A stretch of DNA of 64,000 nt from an uncultured Chloroflexia bacterium (GCA_963720755.1 CAVRGP010000002.1:160001-224000), one strand, 5' to 3'; shown: positions 32,450-42,745, numbered from the stretch's first letter. The notes: generated from the sequence alone by a model not told the origin. Numbers and translations: made by a program.

Positions 32450-33489
32450 GACGCACCCGTCCCGAGATAGGCCTCGATGACCCGCGGGTCGCGACGGACT
32501 TCCTCGGGGCTGCCCTCGGAGATCCGTTCTCCGTGATCCATTACGAGGATGTGATCGCTGATGCCCATGACCACCCGCATGTCGTGTTCGATGAGCAGGA
32601 TGCTGAGACCCATGTCGCGACGGAGGCGACCGATCAATTCGGTCATCTCGCCGGTCTCGTTCGGGTTCATGCCTGCGGTCGGCTCATCGAGCAGGAGCAG
32701 CGCAGGCTTGTTGCCGAGGGCGCGCGCGAGCTCGAGACGGCGCTGGTCGCCGTAGGGGAGGTTCTTGGCCAATTCATTCTCGCGTCCGGCAAGGCCCACC
32801 AGCGCAAGCAGCTCGGCGGCTCTCGCGGTCGAGGCATCCTCTTCCCGCTGCTGGCGCCGCGAGGCGAGCACGTGATCGACCATGTTCGAACGCAACTGGA
32901 GGTGCATCCCGACCAGGATGTTCTCGAGCACGGTCATGTTCTGGAAGAGGCGGATGTTCTGGAACGTCCGACCCATCCCGGCAGCGACGACGTCGTTCGG
33001 TCGGGCACTGCGCAGGATCCCGAGCCGGTCGAGCAGGCCCACGTACCAGCCCGGCCGGATCGTGGCCACCACGAGCGTCGCCACCAACGCCCCGACGACC
33101 GCCGAGGCGGTCAGGACCAGGCCGTCCTCACCGGAATCGCCGGCGCCCAGCGCGAGCGCGAGCGCGGCGACGAGGATCGCCGGCACGATCCACAGAACGG
33201 ATTCGAGCCAGACGCGGCGGGGCCGGCTGATGAGGGTCTGGCCCTTGAACGAGACCGTTCCGGCCGTCGGGTCGATGATCCCGGCGATGACATTGAAGAA
33301 AGTCGTCTTGCCGGCGCCGTTCGGGCCGATGATGCTGACGATCCCGCCTTCGGGGATGTCGAGATTGACATCGCGGACGGCGACCAGCCCGCCGAACTGC
33401 TTCGTCACTGCCCGGGCCTCGAGGATCGGCGCGCCGGTCGTCGTCGGCTGGTCGACAGGGGTGGCCCCAGGGACCTTCGTCTCACTCAT
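32446..33489 (-). CDS. livG: Branched-chain amino acid ABC transporter ATPase with an internal hydrophobic insertion
   Basis: GPNGAGKTT, RTFQNIRLF, LPYGDQRRLE, LDEP, IEHDM. Confidence 0.9.
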   Translation of the reverse strand: MSETKVPGATPVDQPTTTGAPILEARAVTKQFGGLVAVRDVNLDIPEGGIVSIIGPNGAGKTTFFNVIAGIIDPTAGTVSFKGQTLISRPRRVWLESVLWIVPAILVAALALALGAGDSGEDGLVLTASAVVGALVATLVVATIRPGWYVGLLDRLGILRSARPNDVVAAGMGRTFQNIRLFQNMTVLENILVGMHLQLRSNMVDHVLASRRQQREEDASTARAAELLALVGLAGRENELAKNLPYGDQRRLELARALGNKPALLLLDEPTAGMNPNETGEMTELIGRLRRDMGLSILLIEHDMRVVMGISDHILVMDHGERISEGSPEEVRRDPRVIEAYLGTGAS

Positions 33490-34652
33490 TCCGGATCCGC
33501 GCCCATCACGTCGCCTTGCTCGCCGAACGCCGCATCTTCCTCGGTATGCAGCTCGCGTTTGCGGCGTTGACTCGGGAAGAGTCCTTCCGGTCGCAACAGC
33601 ATCATCGCGACCAGGGCGATGCCATAGAGCAGGAACTGGTACTGGAGGAAGTCCACGTCGCTCAGGATCGGGACGTGGACGTTGTCGAAGAAGATGTTCA
33701 TCTGCTTGAGCAGGACGCTCTGGATCATGAAGATGATGAACGCCCCGACCGCGACGCCCCAGATGTTGCCCATCCCGCCGAGGACGACCATGGCCAGGAC
33801 GGTGAACGAGACGTCGAAGCGGAACAGGTTCGGGGTGACCGTCTGCAGCTTGGCGGCGAGGAAGACCCCGGCCAGCCCCGCGGTCGACGCACCCAAGGCG
33901 AAGGCGAGCAGCTTGGTGGTCACCGTGTTGATGCCGTTGGCCGACGCCGCCAGCTCATCCTCCCGGATCGCCATCCAGGATCGACCGAGACGGGAATCCT
34001 GGAGCCGATAGATGAGGATCATCGAGATGATGATCAGACCCAGCATCACCAGGTAGTACGGCCATGGGTTCCCGGTGGTCGGGAAGACGAAGTCGCCGAT
34101 GCTCGGGGCGGTGATGCCGCCGATGCCGTTCGGCCCCTCCGTGTAGTTGCTCAGGTTCAGGATCGTGATCGGGACGATCTCGCCGAAACCAAGGGTGACG
34201 ATGGCGAGATAGTCGCCGCGGAGGCGCAACGTCGGCGCTCCGAGCATGATCCCGAAGACCGCAGCGATCACCGCACCGACGATCAACATCGGCCAGAACG
34301 AGACCTGGACCCCGCTGAACGGTGAGGCCGCGAGGGCGTACGTGTAGGCGCCGATCGCGAAGAACGCGGCATAGCCGAGGTCGAGCAACCCGGACATGCC
34401 GACCACGATGTTCAGACCGAGGGCAAGGAGGATATAGATCCCCGCGATCGTGAAGCCGTCCATCCAGACGCCCTGACCGCTGAAGCTGTTGAACGGCGGG
34501 AACAGGACGATGACCGGCAGCGCCAGGGCGAATGCCCCGACGCCCAAGAACACGCTGGCCGACCGATGGCGGTCGCTGAACGTGCGGATCCGATCGCGCA
34601 GTCCGCTCGGACGGCGCGTCGATGGCGCGGGTGCCGCGACGTTGGTCGTCAT
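33486..34652 (-). CDS. livM: Branched-chain amino acid ABC transporter permease
   Basis: GLLDLGYAAFFAIGAY, LRLRGDYLAIVTLGFGE, LGGMGN. Confidence 0.93.
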   Translation of the reverse strand: MTTNVAAPAPSTRRPSGLRDRIRTFSDRHRSASVFLGVGAFALALPVIVLFPPFNSFSGQGVWMDGFTIAGIYILLALGLNIVVGMSGLLDLGYAAFFAIGAYTYALAASPFSGVQVSFWPMLIVGAVIAAVFGIMLGAPTLRLRGDYLAIVTLGFGEIVPITILNLSNYTEGPNGIGGITAPSIGDFVFPTTGNPWPYYLVMLGLIIISMILIYRLQDSRLGRSWMAIREDELAASANGINTVTTKLLAFALGASTAGLAGVFLAAKLQTVTPNLFRFDVSFTVLAMVVLGGMGNIWGVAVGAFIIFMIQSVLLKQMNIFFDNVHVPILSDVDFLQYQFLLYGIALVAMMLLRPEGLFPSQRRKRELHTEEDAAFGEQGDVMGADPE

Positions 34653-35680
34653 GCTCGCTCACCGAGTTGCTGGCCGAACAGACCGGCAGGCCGGAACACC
34701 AGGGTGATGATCAGGATCATGAAGACCGCGGCCTGGGCCCACACGAAGTAGCCGAAGTTGGCCGCCGTGACTTCGACGAACCCGATCATGAACCCGCCGA
34801 TCGCCGCGCCCGTGATGTTGCCGATCCCGCCGAGCACCGCGGCCGTGAAGGCCTTGAGGCCGGATTGGAACCCGAGCGATGAGGTGATGTTGCCGAAGTA
34901 CAGCCCCTGGACGACGCCCGCGGCGCCCGCAAGCGCCGACCCGATCAGGAAGGTGACAGCGATCGTCCGGTTGATGTCGACCCCCATCAGCGAGGCCGCC
35001 TCCCGGTCGGACGCCGTGGAGCGCATCGCGCGTCCGATCTTGGTGCGCGACACGAACAGCTGCAGCCCGATCATCAGGGCGAGGGCGGTGACGATGATGA
35101 AGACGTTGACCCAGCCGATGGTGATCCCGCCAACGTCGATCCTGGCCGTCGGGGGGATGATCTGGGGGGTATTGATCGGCGACGGCCCGTAGATCAGCTG
35201 GACGATGTTCTGCAGGATGAACGAGATGCCGATGGCGGTGATCAACGGGGCCAGGCGCGGTGCGTTGCGCAGGGGACGATAGGCGAACCGCTCGATGAAC
35301 ACTCCGAGCAATCCGACGACCGTCATCGTCAAAACGAAGGTGACCGTCAGTTGGAAGATCATCGTTGGCAGATCGGGCGCCGGTCCGGTCGCGCCAAGGA
35401 TGTTGGTGAGAACGAACAATGAGACGAACGAGCCGACCATGAACACGTCGCCGTGGGCGAAGTTGATGAGCTCGATGATGCCGTAGACCATCGTGTAGCC
35501 GAGGGCCACCAGGGCATAGATGGCGCCGATGGTCAGCGCGTTGACGAACTGCTTCGGACCCAGGATGAAGTACATCAGGATCGTCAGCGCGATGATGAAC
35601 GCGTACGGTCCGGCGCCGCTTCGTTGGGCGACCATGAACGGGTTGGGTCGCGCCTGGGCTTTAACCGTGGAGCTCGTCAT
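34649..35680 (-). CDS. livH: Branched-chain amino acid ABC transporter permease
   Basis: ALGYTMVYGI..INFAHG, KAFTAAVLGGIG, RPAGLFG. Confidence 0.93.
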   Translation of the reverse strand: MTSSTVKAQARPNPFMVAQRSGAGPYAFIIALTILMYFILGPKQFVNALTIGAIYALVALGYTMVYGIIELINFAHGDVFMVGSFVSLFVLTNILGATGPAPDLPTMIFQLTVTFVLTMTVVGLLGVFIERFAYRPLRNAPRLAPLITAIGISFILQNIVQLIYGPSPINTPQIIPPTARIDVGGITIGWVNVFIIVTALALMIGLQLFVSRTKIGRAMRSTASDREAASLMGVDINRTIAVTFLIGSALAGAAGVVQGLYFGNITSSLGFQSGLKAFTAAVLGGIGNITGAAIGGFMIGFVEVTAANFGYFVWAQAAVFMILIITLVFRPAGLFGQQLGERA

Positions 35681-35718
35681 GGGGACTCCCAGCGGGCTGG
35701 ATCCGGCGGCGATTCAGA

Positions 35719-35749
35719 ACGACCGGAGAGCGAGTTGCTCCCCGGTCGT
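35719..35749 (-). terminator. Intercistronic stem-loop after the binding-protein gene (mRNA stabiliser or partial terminator)
   Basis: ACGACCGGAGAGC..GCTCCCCGGTCGT inverted repeat; no strong U-tract. Confidence 0.55.
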
Positions 35750-35763
35750 CCCGTTGGTTCGGG

Positions 35764-37089
35764 TTACTGCCCGAAGGACTGCTGCTCCTTGAAGACCCAG
35801 TCGGCGCCGCCGGTGGCATTCACGTCGACGTCGTAGAAGGAGATGAACGGCGACGTGGTGTCACCATTCTGGTCGAACGAGATCGGCCCGAGGACCGTGT
35901 CGAACGAGTTGGCCGGGTCGCTCGCATAGGCGCGGACGCCCTCTCGGATCGCGGCCATGTCGGACGCTCCGCCATCGAGGGCTGCCTTGAGCGAGTCGAG
36001 CAGCACCACGGCGCAGGCGTTCGCCGGCCCCGAGTAGGCGCCCGGAGTCTTGAAGTCCGAGTCGTTCTTGAAGTGCTCGATGTAGGCCGCATCGAAGTCG
36101 GCCTTGCCCGGGAAGTCGCCGATGGCGGCGATGGTGCCGTAGGAATTCGCGGCCGCGTCGGCGCCGGCGATCTTGATCAGCGAACCGTCGTCATTGACGC
36201 TGCCGTTGACGATGCCGTCCGGGCCGGTGAACGGCACGGCCAGACCGGCCTGACGGAGCTGCTTGAGGAACAGGCCCGCGCCGGAGGTGACGACGCCGCC
36301 GTAGTAGACGCCGTCCGGTGGGTTCGAGGTCACCGCCTGGCTGCTGATGATCCCGTTGAAGTCGGTCGTGTCGGCCGGTGCGCCCTGGCGCAGGACGACC
36401 TTGCCGCCGAGCTCCTCGAACTTCGCCTGGAAGGCGTCGGCGACGCCCTTGCCGAAGGTCGTCACGTCATCGACGATCAGGAGGTTCCGGAGGCCCAGGG
36501 TGTTGTAGTCGTAGACCGCCATGGCCGGGCCCTGGAGGCTATCGGTGGCGGCCACGCGGATGTAGTTGATCCGCTCCGGGAAGTCCTTGCGGAGATCCAG
36601 GGCACCCTCTTCAGGTTTGGTCAGGCCGGTATTCGTGTTGGCCGGGCTGCACTGGGCAAGACCCGCGGAGTTGCTGATCGGGATCTGGACCTTCGCGACC
36701 GCGGAGTTGTACGGGCCGACGACGCCGAACACCGCGGTGTCAGCGACGAAGGTCTGCATGTCCTGGGCGGCCTGCTGCTCGTTGTACTTGCCGTTGACAG
36801 CATGGTCGAGCGGGAACAGCTTGATGGTGTACCCGCCGATGCCACCGGCTTCGTTGGCCTGGTCGACGGCCAGCTGCGCGCCCTTGAGCGTGGGCTGGCC
36901 GTCGGCCGCCGCACCACCCGACAGGGGCAGCGAGACGCCGAGCTTCAGCTCACCCATGGATGCGGGTGCGGACGGTGCGCCACTGGCGCCGCCAGCCGCG
37001 CTCGGGGCGGTCGTCGCCCCGCTCGAACTGCACGCCGCAAGGGCCAGCACGCTGACCCCCGCGAGCGCACCGATCTTGTGCAATCTCAT
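35764..37089 (-). CDS. Branched-chain amino acid ABC transporter substrate-binding lipoprotein (LivJ/K family)
   Basis: LAAC lipobox, GVSLPLSG, VVGPYNS, SPANT. Confidence 0.92.
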   Translation of the reverse strand: MRLHKIGALAGVSVLALAACSSSGATTAPSAAGGASGAPSAPASMGELKLGVSLPLSGGAAADGQPTLKGAQLAVDQANEAGGIGGYTIKLFPLDHAVNGKYNEQQAAQDMQTFVADTAVFGVVGPYNSAVAKVQIPISNSAGLAQCSPANTNTGLTKPEEGALDLRKDFPERINYIRVAATDSLQGPAMAVYDYNTLGLRNLLIVDDVTTFGKGVADAFQAKFEELGGKVVLRQGAPADTTDFNGIISSQAVTSNPPDGVYYGGVVTSGAGLFLKQLRQAGLAVPFTGPDGIVNGSVNDDGSLIKIAGADAAANSYGTIAAIGDFPGKADFDAAYIEHFKNDSDFKTPGAYSGPANACAVVLLDSLKAALDGGASDMAAIREGVRAYASDPANSFDTVLGPISFDQNGDTTSPFISFYDVDVNATGGADWVFKEQQSFGQ

Positions 37090-37457
37090 TCGGTTCTCCT
37101 CCAAGTTGCCGGTCGAACCCGACTGGCACGATCCGGACATGGATCCCACCCGTCGTTCGAGTGCCCTTCGCCCGTCGACGCCGACCCTCCCCCGGGAAGC
37201 GATCGCAGGCCATGGTGCACGCTCGGATGACCGCAGCTGGATCCCGCATCCGGACGGCGCACAAGTGGCCGCCGAAGCGATGCCGTATATTACCCTTCGG
37301 CGTCCCGAATGCAAGACCGGTCGGCCGCACCCTAGAGACGCGTCGCAAGCGAACGAACGCTCGGCGCGGAAGGGCGGATCGCGGGCCTCGGCCTTGCCTC
37401 GCTCGAACCCGATCGAGGTAGATGGACGCCTGACCCTGCGAGGTTGGACCCGTCGGC

Positions 37458-37922
37458 GTGGAGTATCTGGTCCGAGCAGCCCGTGTCACCGACATCGACC
37501 GAGTCGTCGCCCTGAGCGACACATCGGTGCAGACGGCCGGTGGCGAGAGCCCGCTCGAGGCCGCGGATCTGATGCGCCAGTTGGTCTACCTGCCGCAGGC
37601 GAGCATCATCGTCGCCGAGGCACAGCGCGTCGTCGTCGGCTGCGCGATCCTCGCGCTCCGACCGTCCGTCAAGGCCGGTGGGTATGTCGGCACGGTCGAC
37701 CTCCTCGTCGTGGACCCGGGCCACGACGCCGACCGGATCACCGCCGCGCTCCTGGAGGAGCTCGTCAGGTCTGCAAGCAACAAGGGGTGTACCGTCGTCG
37801 AAGCCGATCTGCCTCCGGCAGAAGCCCGCATCCGTTGGCAACGGATGGGTTTCGCCGAGACGGGCCCGCGAATCCAACGGATCGTGGCCGCTGCGGGTTC
37901 CGCCGCGCGCCGCCAGTCATGA
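37458..37922 (+). CDS. GNAT family N-acetyltransferase
   Basis: VRAARVTD, LVVDP, W..MGF; acetyl-CoA loop looks degenerate. Confidence 0.7.
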   Translation: MEYLVRAARVTDIDRVVALSDTSVQTAGGESPLEAADLMRQLVYLPQASIIVAEAQRVVVGCAILALRPSVKAGGYVGTVDLLVVDPGHDADRITAALLEELVRSASNKGCTVVEADLPPAEARIRWQRMGFAETGPRIQRIVAAAGSAARRQS

Positions 37923-37985
37923 ACGTCCGGACCGAGCTGCGCCAGTGCGCGCCGGGCGGGCAAATCCCTCAATCAAGGAGCGAAT

Positions 37986-39857
37986 GTGAGTAAGAACGTC
38001 GCCGTCTTCGTTGACGTCGCGAACATCTTCTATGCGGCCAAGGCCGCCGGGGTCGACATCGACTACGTGACCCTGCTCAAGGCGGCGTCGGCTGGTCGAG
38101 ACCTCGTGCGCGCCTATGCCTACACGGGGCTGGACCCGGACAACGAGAACCAGCGCAACTTCCACGACTTCCTGCGCCGCAGCAACTACAAGGTCGTCAG
38201 CAAGGACATCCGCAAATACGGTGACGGCAAGGTCAAGGCGAACCTCGACATCGAACTCGTCGTCGACATGATGAAGACCGCTCGGAACCTGGACATCGCG
38301 ATCGTCGTGTCCGGCGACGGCGACTTCGCGCCGGCCATCCGTGCCGTCCAGGAGCAGGGCGTCCGCGTCGAGGTCATCAGCTTCCGCGGCAATACGAGTT
38401 CGGACCTTATCGAGGTCGCCGACCTGTTCACGGATATCGTCCAACTCGCCCGCGTCGAGAAGGGATCCCGATCCGGACGTCGGGTCGCCGATGACGACGC
38501 CGATCTGTCGATGACCGAGGTTCCCGACAAGCTGACCGAGGGGACCGGGGTCGGTCGTGGTCGAGGTCGCGGTCGTGGTCGTGGCCGCGACGCTGAGCCG
38601 GCCGCTCCTGCGGCCCGAGGACGGAGTCGTGCCCGGAGTGCCGGCGAGGTGCCGGCCGCCGCGGAAGCCCCGGTCGGTCTCGTGGCCCTCCCTGGCGAGC
38701 GCCTGTCTCACGCTGTCGGGACACTCACCGAGGCGGACCTGGCCAGGGCAGAGGTCTTCACCCTGGACGCCGCCGACGACGCCGTCACCGACGCGATCGA
38801 TGAACTCGATGAGCGAGGTCGCGACGAGGGTCCGCTCGAGGATGGGGCCGAACCCCGCCGACGGCGCCGACGTGGCGGTCGTGGACGTGGCCGTGGTCGC
38901 GGACGTGACGAGGACGCTCCGATCGATGCCGACGCCGCAGCGCCGACCCCGGCACCGCGGCCAGCGGCGCCAGCCGTGGACCGGATCCAGGACGAGGACG
39001 TCGACGAGCGGCCCGCTGCCCGGAGTCCCAAGGCCACGCCGTTCGGCTCCGTCTGGGATTCGCAACTCGGGACACCGACTGCATCGGCGGCTGCCTCCAC
39101 TGCCCCGATCCTCGATGACGAGGACTTCGACGAGCCGGAGATCCCGGAATACCTGATCGCCGAGCAGCGTCGCGGCGCCAACCGTGGCGGATCCGGAGGC
39201 GGACGGGGAGCTCGCGGTGGACGCTCCGCCTACCAATCTGCGATGGAGCGAGAGCGGTACGGGCGCGGCGGTGGGGGTGGCGGGATCAACCGCTACCCCG
39301 ACGTGAGTGGTCGGACGGCATCAACGGGACCGGCTCGAGACGACCGATCTCGCGGCCGCAGCACCCAGCAGGAGCCGTCACGGGCGCCCCGCGATCCGAA
39401 CGAGCCGTGGAGCGATGTCCCACCGGAGCTCGAGGCCATGCTCCGGGCGCAGGTCGCCCAGAAACCGGCCCCGAGTCGTCATCCGGTCGACACCGGTGCT
39501 GCAGCCGCTCAGGTCGTTGACGGGTCGGAGGACGTGACCACCGCCCCGAAGCCGCGATCGACGCGTAAGCCGGCCGCCGCCAAGCCGGCCGCCGCCAAAC
39601 CGGCCTCGACCAAGGCGCCGACCAAGCCGCGAGCCAGTCGTGCGTCGGCCAAGCCGGTCGCCGAGGTGGCCGTGGAGCCGGCCGACGCAGGAACCGGGAC
39701 CGCGACGGCGGCACCGAAGCCGAGGGCTGCGCGAAAGCCCAAGGCAGCGGCAGCGTCCGACGCTCCGGTTTCGACCAACGAGACCGGGGAGGCGGCGCCA
39801 AAGGCACCGGCCAAGCGCCGGACGACGCGCAAGGCGGCCCCCGCCGAGACCGACTGA
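37986..39857 (+). CDS. NYN/LabA (DUF88) domain protein with long disordered C-terminal region
   Basis: VFVDVAN, KANLDIELVVD, VSGDGDF in the first ~165 aa; low-complexity remainder. Confidence 0.88.
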   Translation: MSKNVAVFVDVANIFYAAKAAGVDIDYVTLLKAASAGRDLVRAYAYTGLDPDNENQRNFHDFLRRSNYKVVSKDIRKYGDGKVKANLDIELVVDMMKTARNLDIAIVVSGDGDFAPAIRAVQEQGVRVEVISFRGNTSSDLIEVADLFTDIVQLARVEKGSRSGRRVADDDADLSMTEVPDKLTEGTGVGRGRGRGRGRGRDAEPAAPAARGRSRARSAGEVPAAAEAPVGLVALPGERLSHAVGTLTEADLARAEVFTLDAADDAVTDAIDELDERGRDEGPLEDGAEPRRRRRRGGRGRGRGRGRDEDAPIDADAAAPTPAPRPAAPAVDRIQDEDVDERPAARSPKATPFGSVWDSQLGTPTASAAASTAPILDDEDFDEPEIPEYLIAEQRRGANRGGSGGGRGARGGRSAYQSAMERERYGRGGGGGGINRYPDVSGRTASTGPARDDRSRGRSTQQEPSRAPRDPNEPWSDVPPELEAMLRAQVAQKPAPSRHPVDTGAAAAQVVDGSEDVTTAPKPRSTRKPAAAKPAAAKPASTKAPTKPRASRASAKPVAEVAVEPADAGTGTATAAPKPRAARKPKAAAASDAPVSTNETGEAAPKAPAKRRTTRKAAPAETD

Positions 39858-39866
39858 CCCTCGCCG

Positions 39867-41066
39867 ATGGAGGGCGCCAGGACCCGCGGGCAGCCGGTCG
39901 CGCTTCGCGCGGTGACCTCGATGATCCGCGGTTCGGGACCGCATGCGGTGATGCTCGTCGGACCCGAAGGGATCGGGAAGACGACCCTCGCGCTCGATCT
40001 CGCCGCCGGTCTGCTGTGCACCGCGGACCACGCCGACCGGCCGTGCCGCCAGTGTCGAGCCTGCCGGCTGGTCGACCACGGGAGGCACCCCGACGTCCAC
40101 CGACTCGGACCGGTCGGTCCCGGTCGGCAAGTCGTGATCGGCGGTCCTGACGCGAGGTCCCGCGGGGTCAAGGATCTGATCGCCGACCTGACCCTCATGC
40201 CGGTGGAGGGTGGCGCCCGGGTCGCCATCATCGAAGCCGCGGACCGGATGAATGAGGACGCGCAGTCGGCCCTGCTCAAGACGCTCGAAGAGCCGCCGTC
40301 CGGTGTCACCATCGTCCTCTGCGCAGATCAGGAGGCGCGCCTGCTTCCGACGGTACGGTCCCGCTGCGCCCGCGTCAGGCTCGGGCTGGTCGGACCGCGG
40401 GACATCGAGGCGATCCTGGCCGATCACGGGTTGGCCGACCCACCGACCGCCGCCCGGCTCGGTCGCCTGGCCGGCGGCCGGCCAGGGATGGCGCTGGCCT
40501 ATGCCCGGGCGCCGGAGGCCGTGCTGATCCGGGCGGAACTGGCCAGGCTTCTGCTCGACCTCACCGATGCCGGCGCGGCGGTTCGCCTGGCGGCCGCCCG
40601 AGCGGCCGTACCCCGAGCCATCAGCCTGGTGATGGCGCTCGATGCTCCCGATCCGGCGGCGGGACCGGACGCTCCAGCTCCGCGTCGGCGCGGTGGCCGG
40701 GCGGTCGCGGCCGACGCGGATCGTGACGACACGGACGAGGCAAGTCCCGACGACGTCGATGGTGGCGTGACCAGGGTGCGCACCCCGGCGATCGAACGCC
40801 GACGGGGCGTCGAGATGCTCCTGGGCCTGTGGGCGGACGTGGCGCGCGACCTTCACCTGATCGCGGCCGGAGCCACCCGCTCGATCCACGACACGGTCCT
40901 CATCGACGAGCTCGCCGCGATCGCCGCGACGGTGGACGATGCGAGCGTCGTCAGCTTCCTGGGTCGGGCCGCCCGATCGGCCGAGTGGCTGGCCGGTAAC
41001 GTCTCGCCGGAACTCGTCCTCGACTCGCTCGTCCTTGCCTGGCCGCGTCGAGTGGCCGCCGCGTGA
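39867..41066 (+). CDS. holB: DNA polymerase III subunit delta'
   Basis: GPEGIGKTT, C..C..C zinc module, HPD, ALLKTLEEP, TVRSRC. Confidence 0.9.
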   Translation: MEGARTRGQPVALRAVTSMIRGSGPHAVMLVGPEGIGKTTLALDLAAGLLCTADHADRPCRQCRACRLVDHGRHPDVHRLGPVGPGRQVVIGGPDARSRGVKDLIADLTLMPVEGGARVAIIEAADRMNEDAQSALLKTLEEPPSGVTIVLCADQEARLLPTVRSRCARVRLGLVGPRDIEAILADHGLADPPTAARLGRLAGGRPGMALAYARAPEAVLIRAELARLLLDLTDAGAAVRLAAARAAVPRAISLVMALDAPDPAAGPDAPAPRRRGGRAVAADADRDDTDEASPDDVDGGVTRVRTPAIERRRGVEMLLGLWADVARDLHLIAAGATRSIHDTVLIDELAAIAATVDDASVVSFLGRAARSAEWLAGNVSPELVLDSLVLAWPRRVAAA

Positions 41067-41073
41067 TCCGGTC

Positions 41074-41382
41074 GTGTCCGCCGATCTGAGCATCCGGCGG
41101 GTGGACGCGGTGGTGGCCGGTCGAGTCCAGGGGGTGGGCTTCCGCTACTTCGTCCTGCGCGAGGCCACAGCATTGGGGCTCACCGGCTGGGTGGCCAATA
41201 CGTCGGACGGCGCGGTGCGCTGCGTCGCCGAAGGCCCCGAACCCGAACTCCGATCCCTCGTGACCAGGCTCCACGAGGGCCCGCCGGCGGCGGGAGTCGA
41301 TGGTGTCAGCGTGGCCTGGATGCCGGCGACCGGATCGCTCGGGACGTTCAGCGTGCGAAGCGGCGGGCACCTGGGCGATTGA
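41074..41382 (+). CDS. acyP: Acylphosphatase
   Basis: GRVQGVGFRY, GWVAN, GPPAA. Confidence 0.92.
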   Translation: MSADLSIRRVDAVVAGRVQGVGFRYFVLREATALGLTGWVANTSDGAVRCVAEGPEPELRSLVTRLHEGPPAAGVDGVSVAWMPATGSLGTFSVRSGGHLGD

Positions 41383-41472
41383 CCTTCGCCAGATGCGGTC
41401 GGACCTTCGGCGGTCGTGCCGGGAACGGGTGGGCTATTCCAGCCCGACCGCCTTGACGTCATCCTTGGGACG

Positions 41473-41730
41473 ATGGAGCCGAATACCGCTGCCACGAAAC
41501 TTCCGGGGCTCTACCGCGACGTCCTCGATCGCGTCGGTGAGCTGTCGGCGTCCGGTCACCGCGACCATGCCAACCAGGTCCGGGCCGAGGCGGTGAAGAT
41601 CTACTCACGCGCGTGGGACGAGCGTGCCCGGCGTGAGCTCCAGGCCCTGCTGGATCGGAACCTGGACGTGGTGGCAAGCCACCCCGTACCCGATCACGGC
41701 CTGCTGCGGCGGTTCATCCGCGCGACCTGA
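41473..41730 (+). CDS. Hypothetical protein
   Basis: Short helical ORF with normal codon style; start uncertain. Confidence 0.55.
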   Translation: MEPNTAATKLPGLYRDVLDRVGELSASGHRDHANQVRAEAVKIYSRAWDERARRELQALLDRNLDVVASHPVPDHGLLRRFIRAT

Positions 41731-41765
41731 ATATCGGGGTTCCGCCGGGAGCGTAGGCTAGTCGC

Positions 41766-42068
41766 GTGGCTGGCGAGACGTACGGCGAACTGATCGAGCG
41801 GGCCCTTGTCGCATATACGGAGCTCGCCGAGCTCGGCGAGACGGTCGAGGACGAGTGGTCGTACGTGAACGACCTGGCCGACGCCTGGCGAACCCGCCTG
41901 GACATCCTGATCGAGCATCGCGGCCACGCCGACGCTCTCGATGAAGCCAGCGAAGCCACGGATCGGGCGATCGAGGAGATCGGTCGGATCGACGACCCGC
42001 ACCGAGCGATCGATTGGTTGTCGACGTTCCCGCAGGTCCTGCTCATCGCTCTCGGGGAGCGGCCGTGA
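41766..42068 (+). CDS. Hypothetical acidic helical protein
   Basis: 100 aa ORF coupled to the next gene. Confidence 0.65.
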   Translation: MAGETYGELIERALVAYTELAELGETVEDEWSYVNDLADAWRTRLDILIEHRGHADALDEASEATDRAIEEIGRIDDPHRAIDWLSTFPQVLLIALGERP

Positions 42069-42745
42069 GGTTCCAGGATGCGGCGCCGGACGCGCGGGCG
42101 GTCGTGTATGCCGGGATCCAGGCCGATCCGCTGGTCGTCCGGGCGGCGACGCTCCTGGCGACGGCGACGCAAGGGCAGCGCATCCTCGCCCGGGCGGTCA
42201 TGAACGGCGAGTCGACCGAGCCGGGTCACTGGCGCGCCATGTTCCCGACGCTGTTCGGCTCGACCCCGGGCGATGACGGACCGGCATCCGAGCATTCGGA
42301 GGCGATCCTCGCGGCGTCGCTCGCGGTGGCCGACCGCGGCGAGCAGGTCCGCAGCCAGGTCCGTGGGGCGTTGGTCGAAGAGCTGACCGCGCAGCTCCTG
42401 GCACGCCGCGTGGCGACGACCGCCGTCAAGCGGGAGCGGCGCATCCTGTTCGATGGCGTCAGGGCGGAGATCCACCCATACGACGTCACCGTCGAGCTGG
42501 AGGGCGCGGCCGAGGCATACGACTGCAAATGGGGTGCCCGCGGGATCAACAGCGATGTCCTGCACCAACTCGACGATGCTCGCAGCAACGCCGTCGACGA
42601 AGATGAACGACTGGCCACCGCCCTCGTCATCTTCGATGCCCGGCGTTCGTGCGAGGTCAGGCTTGCTCACCAGAGCGCACCGCACGAGTCGACGCGACTC
42701 TTCACCATCGGGAACATCGACGAGCTGGCCGAGTCGCCTTCGTGA
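42065..42745 (+). CDS. Hypothetical protein with restriction endonuclease-like (PD-(D/E)xK) motif
   Basis: G..VE..PYDV..YDCKW pattern. Confidence 0.6.
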   Translation: MRFQDAAPDARAVVYAGIQADPLVVRAATLLATATQGQRILARAVMNGESTEPGHWRAMFPTLFGSTPGDDGPASEHSEAILAASLAVADRGEQVRSQVRGALVEELTAQLLARRVATTAVKRERRILFDGVRAEIHPYDVTVELEGAAEAYDCKWGARGINSDVLHQLDDARSNAVDEDERLATALVIFDARRSCEVRLAHQSAPHESTRLFTIGNIDELAESPS

